This document shows positions 57,463-64,000 of a DNA stretch of 64,000 nucleotides, piece after piece. The stretch's first letter is position 1. Each line of letters begins with the position of its first letter. Below the pieces are notes generated by a model that worked only from the letters and a program-made list of their open reading frames with translations, did no database searches and was not told where the DNA came from. The stretch is from an uncultured Planctomycetales bacterium (GTDB lineage Bacteria; Omnitrophota; Gorgyraeia; Gygaellales; Profunditerraquicolaceae): NCBI GenBank assembly GCA_964427405.1, contig CAYRUB010000001.1, forward strand, positions 157,884 through 221,883. The letters are read 5' to 3'. Both the position numbers and the translations under genes were made by a program.

Positions 57463-57559
57463 TTTTATATATTAAAACATTGTTTAAGTAAAATGTCAAC
57501 CGATTCTTGATAAATAAAGGAGAGGGGGAGGGAATCTCCCCCTCTCCTTTACCGCTATC

Positions 57560-57775
57560 TTAACAACTACACTTTGCGCCGCATTTAGCATCTGCGCATT
57601 TACAGCCACCTTTAGTACAACAGGCGCCCTTACATACACATTTTCCATCGACACAACAGCTTGTCTTTGTACATGTGCAGTTTTTCTTTACACAACAGGA
57701 ATCCGCTGCCCAAACATAACTATTAGCGCAAAACATAGCCAAAACAAACGCACTTATAAATAGATATTTTTTCAT
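57560..57775 (-). CDS. secreted Cys-rich small protein (21 Cys in 48-aa mature region)
   Basis: Signal peptide, then DSCCVKKNCTCTKTSCCVDGKCVCKGACCTKGGCKCADAKCGAKCSC. Confidence 0.5.
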   Translation of the reverse strand: MKKYLFISAFVLAMFCANSYVWAADSCCVKKNCTCTKTSCCVDGKCVCKGACCTKGGCKCADAKCGAKCSC

Positions 57776-57809
57776 TATAAACCTCCTTAAAATAAAGTAT
57801 CAAATAAAA

Positions 57810-58127
57810 TTAAGAGAGGCTGACTTTCGGTGGGTGAAAAATGTCTTCGGTAGAAAGATAAACATAGGTAAAACGTGGTTTAGAAACAAAAAAACCTAAG
57901 AAAGCCAGTTTAGGCAATATGCCGCTCTTGAGCAAATAAACTTGAAACGGCGCGGAATAACTGCAAAAACATATCTTAGTATTTTCATGGCATTTGTTTG
58001 AGCTATGGCATTTATTGTCACAACAGGGACAGCCCTGATGCGTGCTGGCATAAACATGTTCAACTAGTGAGCCAGTTACCAAGGCAAAAATCATAAAAAT
58101 AACCAACGCCCTTACCGTATTCTTCAT
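57810..58127 (-). CDS. secreted Cys/His-rich small protein
   Basis: Start at MKNTVRAL, which gives a signal peptide. HQGCPCCDNKCHSSNKCHENTKICFC. Confidence 0.4.
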   Translation of the reverse strand: MKNTVRALVIFMIFALVTGSLVEHVYASTHQGCPCCDNKCHSSNKCHENTKICFCSYSAPFQVYLLKSGILPKLAFLGFFVSKPRFTYVYLSTEDIFHPPKVSLS

Positions 58128-58372
58128 AGTTAAAGTATACCTTATTCCACCATCTGAAACAACAAAGTTAGCCAAAAAATTTATCACCCTTGGCCCAATT
58201 CTCTCCGCTTACTTCATCAATAACCAGATAGAGGCTCTCCTTAGGCTTGCCAGCGACCTTTAACAATGTATCGGAAAATTCCTTAGCGATCTTTTCTTTT
58301 TGATCCTTGCTCAACTTTCCCACTAGCTTCAAATTAATATAAGGCATATTCCCTCCAGAAATTAAAACCTTG

Positions 58373-58975
58373 TTATTCTTTTGAAATTAAGAATATCCCG
58401 GTTTGCGCGAACAAATTAGGCAAAAACGGGATCCTTCTTGTCTGGCCGATACAAACACTACGCTCGATATTAATATCCTTTAAGCGGCAGTATTTCTTAA
58501 AATCAGATATACTTAAGAAGTGCAAGTTTGGTGTCTCATACCATTGATAAGGAAGCGCTCCAGTCACCGGAGTCCTTCCCTGGAAAAACATCTGCAACCT
58601 TGATTTATAATGCGCGAAGTTAGGAAAACCTACAACTACCTTCTTTCCCACCCGCAAAGCATCAATAAGCACCTTATCCACGTGAAGGATCTGCTGCAAA
58701 CTTTGATTAAGCACCACGTAATCAAAAGACTTATCGTTAAATTCAGTCAGACCGCTATCAACATCACCGTGAAAAACATTTAGCCCTTTAGCTACGCATT
58801 TATAGATCTCCTGTTCATCAATTTCAATACCCTGAGCGCGGGCATTCTTCTCCTTGATTAAAAGGTACAAAAGATCCCCATTACCGCAACCTAAATCTAA
58901 AACCGTTGATTGCGGTTTAATCAAATCAAGAATTACCTCATGGTCCAGCTGAATATCTTTACGCGCCATAATCAC
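58373..58975 (-). CDS. metW: methionine biosynthesis protein MetW
   Basis: LDLGCGNGDLL SAM-MTase-like motif. Coupled to metX. Confidence 0.85.
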   Translation of the reverse strand: MIMARKDIQLDHEVILDLIKPQSTVLDLGCGNGDLLYLLIKEKNARAQGIEIDEQEIYKCVAKGLNVFHGDVDSGLTEFNDKSFDYVVLNQSLQQILHVDKVLIDALRVGKKVVVGFPNFAHYKSRLQMFFQGRTPVTGALPYQWYETPNLHFLSISDFKKYCRLKDINIERSVCIGQTRRIPFLPNLFAQTGIFLISKE

Positions 58976-60119
58976 CGGTCACCTCATAAGCATAAAATAT
59001 CTTTTTAAGAAAATGCTTGAGCAAATGCGTCTCCTCTTCTACCTCCAGAAGAAACGCGTCGTGCCCATAAGTTGAATCAATTTCACAGTAAGTTGTCTCT
59101 ACCCCTGAAAGCTTGCAAGCCTTGACTATCTCCTTTGATTGATACGCCGGGTACAGCCAATCAGATTTAAAAGAGATAACTAAAACCTTTACTTTAGTAC
59201 CCTCTAAAACATCCTCAAAACGCCGGCCCCCCGATGCATCAAAATTATCCATGGCCTTAGTAATGTAAAGATAGGAGTTCGCGTCAAAGCGTTTGACAAA
59301 ATTATCACCGCGGTAACGCAAGTACCCTTCTACCTCAAAATCAGCGGTAAATTTAAATGTTTCGCCGACATCTTTCTTAGCCCGTCCGAATTTTTCCGCC
59401 ATCGATGTATCACTCATATATGTAATATGGCCAATCATCCTGGCTACCGCTAAACCTTTGGATGGAGCCGGGCCTTCATAATAATTCCCGGACTTCCAAT
59501 GCGCGTCAGCCATAATCGCCTGCCTGCCTACTTCATTAAAAGCAATCTGCTGAGGTGAATGCTTAATCGTTGTGGCAATAGGCACTACGCTGCGTAAACT
59601 CTGAGGATAATTAACCAACCAGGATAAAACCTGCTGCCCGCCCATTGAACCGCCGACTACTGAAAGTAATTTTTCTATTCCCAGATGATCAATCAGGCGT
59701 TTCTGAGCGTTGACTATATCGTTAATAGTAATCAAAGGAAAATCCAAAGCATAAGGTTTGGCTGTCTTTGGATTTATACTTGCCGGACCGGTTGAACCCT
59801 TGCACCCCCCAAGTACATTAGAACAAATCACAAAATACTTATCTGTATCAAATGCCTTTGCCGGGCCGATAAATTCATCCCACCATCCGGGATTATCCTG
59901 ACCATCATAGACCCCAGCCGCATGCGCGTCACCTGAAAGGGCATGCGTAATAAGAACAGCGTTAGACTTATCCTTATTTAAAACGCCATAAGTCTCATAA
60001 GCCAGGCTAACCGGCCCAAACTTCTCCCCGCACTCAAGTTTAAGCGCATCAAAAGTAAAAACCTGGGTCTGCACAATGCCGACACTATTATTTTGAATTA
60101 TTTTATTTTCCTTGTTCAT
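58959..60119 (-). CDS. metX: homoserine O-acetyltransferase
   Basis: 386 aa, alpha/beta-hydrolase MetX pattern (GGSMGG). Confidence 0.9.
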   Translation of the reverse strand: MNKENKIIQNNSVGIVQTQVFTFDALKLECGEKFGPVSLAYETYGVLNKDKSNAVLITHALSGDAHAAGVYDGQDNPGWWDEFIGPAKAFDTDKYFVICSNVLGGCKGSTGPASINPKTAKPYALDFPLITINDIVNAQKRLIDHLGIEKLLSVVGGSMGGQQVLSWLVNYPQSLRSVVPIATTIKHSPQQIAFNEVGRQAIMADAHWKSGNYYEGPAPSKGLAVARMIGHITYMSDTSMAEKFGRAKKDVGETFKFTADFEVEGYLRYRGDNFVKRFDANSYLYITKAMDNFDASGGRRFEDVLEGTKVKVLVISFKSDWLYPAYQSKEIVKACKLSGVETTYCEIDSTYGHDAFLLEVEEETHLLKHFLKKIFYAYEVTGDYGA

Positions 60120-61051
60120 GCTTTTACCTCTTGAAAAAGCCAGGTCGTCAGATACCGCTCACCGGTATCAGGAAGAATAACCACGATAACCTTGCCCTTA
60201 TTCTCTTTGCGCTTAGCTACATCTAAAGCCGCCCATAATGCTGCCCCGCTTGAAATACCGACCAAGATCCCATCTGATTTTGCCAAGGCCCTGGCTGCAG
60301 CCCCGGCATCATCGTTAGTTACCCGGATAACTTCATCAATTACATCCCGGTTTAAAACCTGCGGGATAAACCCCGCACCGATACCTTGGATCTTATGCGG
60401 CCCGGCAGAACCCCCGGATAAAATTGGAGAAGCATCAGGTTCAACCGCGATTGCCTTAAAACTCTTTTTTCTTTTTTTAATTACTTCCGAAACACCTGTA
60501 ATTGTACCACCTGTACCGACTCCCGCAACCAGAATATCAACTTTTCCATCTGTATCAGCCCAAATCTCCTCCGCTGTAGTCTTGCGATGGATTTCCGGAT
60601 TAGCCGGATTATTAAACTGCTGCAAGATAATCGCATTAGGAGTTACTTTTACCAGTTCCTCGGCTTTCTTAACCGCGCCCTTCATACCCTCCGCTCCAGG
60701 AGTTAAAACCAGCTGCGCTCCAAAAATCGCCAAAAGCTGTCTTCTTTCTACGCTCATGGTATCAGGCATAGTCAAAATCAGTTTATAACCTTTGGCCGCG
60801 GCGACAAATGCCAAAGCTATTCCCGTGTTACCACTAGTAGGTTCAATAATCGTCGTGTTTTTCTTAAGTACACCTCTACGCTGCGCATCCTCGATTAAAG
60901 CAACCCCCAACCTATCCTTAACACTTGAAAGCGGATTAAATGATTCAATTTTTGCCAATACCGTTGCCTCCAACCCCTCGGCAATTCGATTCAATTTTAC
61001 TAATGGAGTATTGCCAACGGTTTTCGTAATATCAGAATATATCTTTCCCAT
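60116..61051 (-). CDS. cysK: cysteine synthase / O-acetylserine sulfhydrylase
   Basis: PLP-lysine SVKDR motif and GTGGT glycine loop. Confidence 0.85.
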   Translation of the reverse strand: MGKIYSDITKTVGNTPLVKLNRIAEGLEATVLAKIESFNPLSSVKDRLGVALIEDAQRRGVLKKNTTIIEPTSGNTGIALAFVAAAKGYKLILTMPDTMSVERRQLLAIFGAQLVLTPGAEGMKGAVKKAEELVKVTPNAIILQQFNNPANPEIHRKTTAEEIWADTDGKVDILVAGVGTGGTITGVSEVIKKRKKSFKAIAVEPDASPILSGGSAGPHKIQGIGAGFIPQVLNRDVIDEVIRVTNDDAGAAARALAKSDGILVGISSGAALWAALDVAKRKENKGKVIVVILPDTGERYLTTWLFQEVKA

Positions 61052-61061
61052 AGTTATCTCC

Positions 61062-62375
<1,314 letters not shown>

Positions 62376-62810
62376 TTAAAATGCATACTGCGCGCTTAAT
62401 ACAAAACCATTACCTAATCCTTGCCTTGTGGACCCCGTGTAGTCACCCGTAGCGGTATAGGCGGCAATAATAGTAAGGTTACTATTTGGAATCCAGGCTA
62501 AATGCGCATCCCAATAATTAGCGTTTTGCACATTGGAAAAACGCGCCCCCTGTTTGAATTCATAACCCACAACAAAACCATGAGGAAGTACTATGTCAAT
62601 ATTGGCAAACCCCGTAAACTTTCTTTTATCGCTAAACCCGAGTACACCCGTTACATATTCCTGGGTAGAAAGCACGCCAACGGATTAAATGCCACACCTC
62701 CCGCACCTTCTAGATTGTTAAAAGGTGGTTCTGCGAATACTCTGTTTGTCAAAGAACCAAATGCTAACACTAACAAACCCGCTAAAAAAATAAACTTTTT
62801 CATTTAAACC
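62376..62810 (-). pseudogene. OMP/porin-like gene interrupted by a frameshift
   Basis: ATG at 62810 gives a signal peptide (MKKFIFLAGLLVLAFGSLTNRVFA) and stops after 50 aa. The downstream frame continues ...VLSTQEY...LSAQYAF with an OMP-type C-terminal Phe. Confidence 0.4.
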
Positions 62811-62917
62811 TCCCAATACTTTTCTCCTAACTCCAGCTATCTGGTTGTATCGGGAAATTATAATTTTTATGATTTATGATTTCCGGGTGGATCCGGTCAA
62901 TCCAAAAAACCTTACTG

Positions 62918-63112
62918 CTAAATACCGCCCCCTTCCTCAATCTTCCAAACATCATCAAAACGTTTTCTCTCAGCGACTTCTGCCTGCGTAATCTTTCTGT
63001 CATGCACCTTAACAGTTACCGTTCCGAAACTTAAAGTTTCCACGGCATCGCTGATCTCTTTTATAATCGCGTCATTAACTATATTCTTAGTTGCTTTAGG
63101 TTTAATATTCAT
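62918..63112 (-). CDS. DUF2292 (YezD-like) small protein
   Basis: FGTVTVKVHDRKITQAEVAER pattern. Confidence 0.4.
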   Translation of the reverse strand: MNIKPKATKNIVNDAIIKEISDAVETLSFGTVTVKVHDRKITQAEVAERKRFDDVWKIEEGGGI

Positions 63113-63210
63113 TTAATAGCTCCTTACCCAACAATGGTACACGACGCGGAAGCGTCGTACTTGTTTCTCAAATAAAACAATGTACCGGCCGCTTCCTTTA
63201 AAGCCGGCTG

Positions 63211-63651
63211 TTAAATTGAATAAGCAAAAACTTCTTTCTTAACATTGATCTGATCGGCTAAATCGCCAAAAGTAACATTGTCAATTATGTTTGAAGTGGC
63301 GCTGGCCACCTTCTGCCAAATTCCTCTAAAAAGACAACAACTCAAATCACTGCACTTGGCATAACCTTTTTCTACACAAGAAATTGGCTCTATCGGACCC
63401 TCGATGTAACGCACTACCTGACCCAAAGTAATCCTGGATGGATCCTTGGCTAAATAATAGCCGCCCACATTACCGCGCCTGCTCTCAACAAAGCCGCCTT
63501 TTTTCAAATCCAAAAGGACCTGCTCTAGAAATTTTACCGGCGCATCAATACGCTTAGCAATATCATTAATCGTAGATACTCCCAACTCATGGTGAACAGC
63601 CAAATCTAATAGTGCCTTTAACGCATAATCGCCTTTGTAAGTTATTCTCAT
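63211..63651 (-). CDS. Rrf2-family transcriptional regulator (IscR/CymR-like)
   Basis: MRITYKGDYALKALLDLA wHTH start and three Cys (CVEKGYAKCSDLSCC). Confidence 0.8.
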   Translation of the reverse strand: MRITYKGDYALKALLDLAVHHELGVSTINDIAKRIDAPVKFLEQVLLDLKKGGFVESRRGNVGGYYLAKDPSRITLGQVVRYIEGPIEPISCVEKGYAKCSDLSCCLFRGIWQKVASATSNIIDNVTFGDLADQINVKKEVFAYSI

Positions 63652-63735
63652 TTTAGCTCCTTTTGTCTACTATCCCTATGAACATAGTAGAGTATAACTT
63701 AAAAATAATAATTGTCAAGAAATATTTTTATTTTT

Positions 63736-64000
63736 TTAGATATTATCCATCTCCAATAATTGCGCGCGAATCTCCTGATATTTATCAAGATCAATCAATC
63801 TATATATTTCTTGCGCTTTACGCCAATGCTGCCTAGCCATATTCTTTTTCCCTTGTTTCCTATATAACAAGCCTAAATTGTAATTAACATTGGCCAAATC
63901 CAGTCGGCTATCAATCTCTCCTGCCAACTTAGCTGAATCCTTAAAATACTCTTCCGCTTTAGCCAAATCATCCATCTCCAAATAAAGCTCACCAATCATA
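63736..64000 (-). CDS. TPR-repeat protein (partial)
   Basis: TPR-like helical repeats (LGLLYRKQGK, AQEIYRLI). Runs off the window end. Confidence 0.4.
   Translation of the reverse strand, partial: MIGELYLEMDDLAKAEEYFKDSAKLAGEIDSRLDLANVNYNLGLLYRKQGKKNMARQHWRKAQEIYRLIDLDKYQEIRAQLLEMDNI

Noticed and set aside
60192-60788. Plus-strand 198-aa ORF antisense to cysK
   Set aside because: It is a low-complexity Ala/Pro/Ser-rich shadow ORF inside a well-supported gene, one of the many plus-strand ORFs antisense to minus-strand genes. I found no convincing plus-strand gene in the window.

Overview
The window is a low-GC chromosome segment with almost every gene on the minus strand. About 38 kb of it (roughly 3.1-41.2 kb) is an integrated conjugative/mobile island inserted between chromosomal housekeeping blocks.

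Left chromosomal block: metK, a ferredoxin, two NifX-like proteins, DUF5320 and fur, with Fur-box-like sites upstream of fur and of the DUF5320 operon.

Right chromosomal block: purC, GTP-PEPCK, trxB, def, panD, an acyl-kinase with its phosphotransacylase, trxA, Thi4 behind a TPP riboswitch, metW-metX-cysK-metY and an Rrf2 regulator.

The island carries several things worth attention:
(i) a leading-region-like set of tiny genes, including a DUF6876-like protein;
(ii) a four-gene ubiquitin-like conjugation operon: a SpoVG-like protein, a ThiS-like Ubl ending in Gly-Gly, an E2-like protein, a ThiF-type E1, and a JAB/JAMM peptidase with zinc ribbons;
(iii) directly upstream, a CBASS module: patatin phospholipase, CD-NTase and an E2-like/SEC-C protein;
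(iv) MBL and lipase cargo, a DUF2188 protein, lexA with an operator-like palindrome, and an AbiEi/AbiEii pair;
(v) an ISNCY-like IS with 17-bp direct repeats and a frameshifted transposase;
(vi) an F-type T4SS (TraH/F/U ... TraC/V/B/K/E/L, pilin, TraD) that has a complete type IV pilus/secretin module embedded in the conserved F gene order;
(vii) a replication-relaxation-like gene.

Two unusual non-coding signals stand out. The first is a perfect 146-bp inverted repeat pair (4991-5136 and 39534-39679) bracketing 34.4 kb of the island. The second is a ~370-nt structured leader present twice (about 4337-4700 and 8159-8525, minus strand). Both copies share the RBS and the first five codons (MSQVK) and then diverge. 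They contain hairpins whose stems covary while the loop motif TGGNNTGCCT is conserved. The 5' end of each copy can pair with the RBS. I regard the leader plus the SpoVG-Ubl-E2-E1-JAB operon as the most likely undescribed system.
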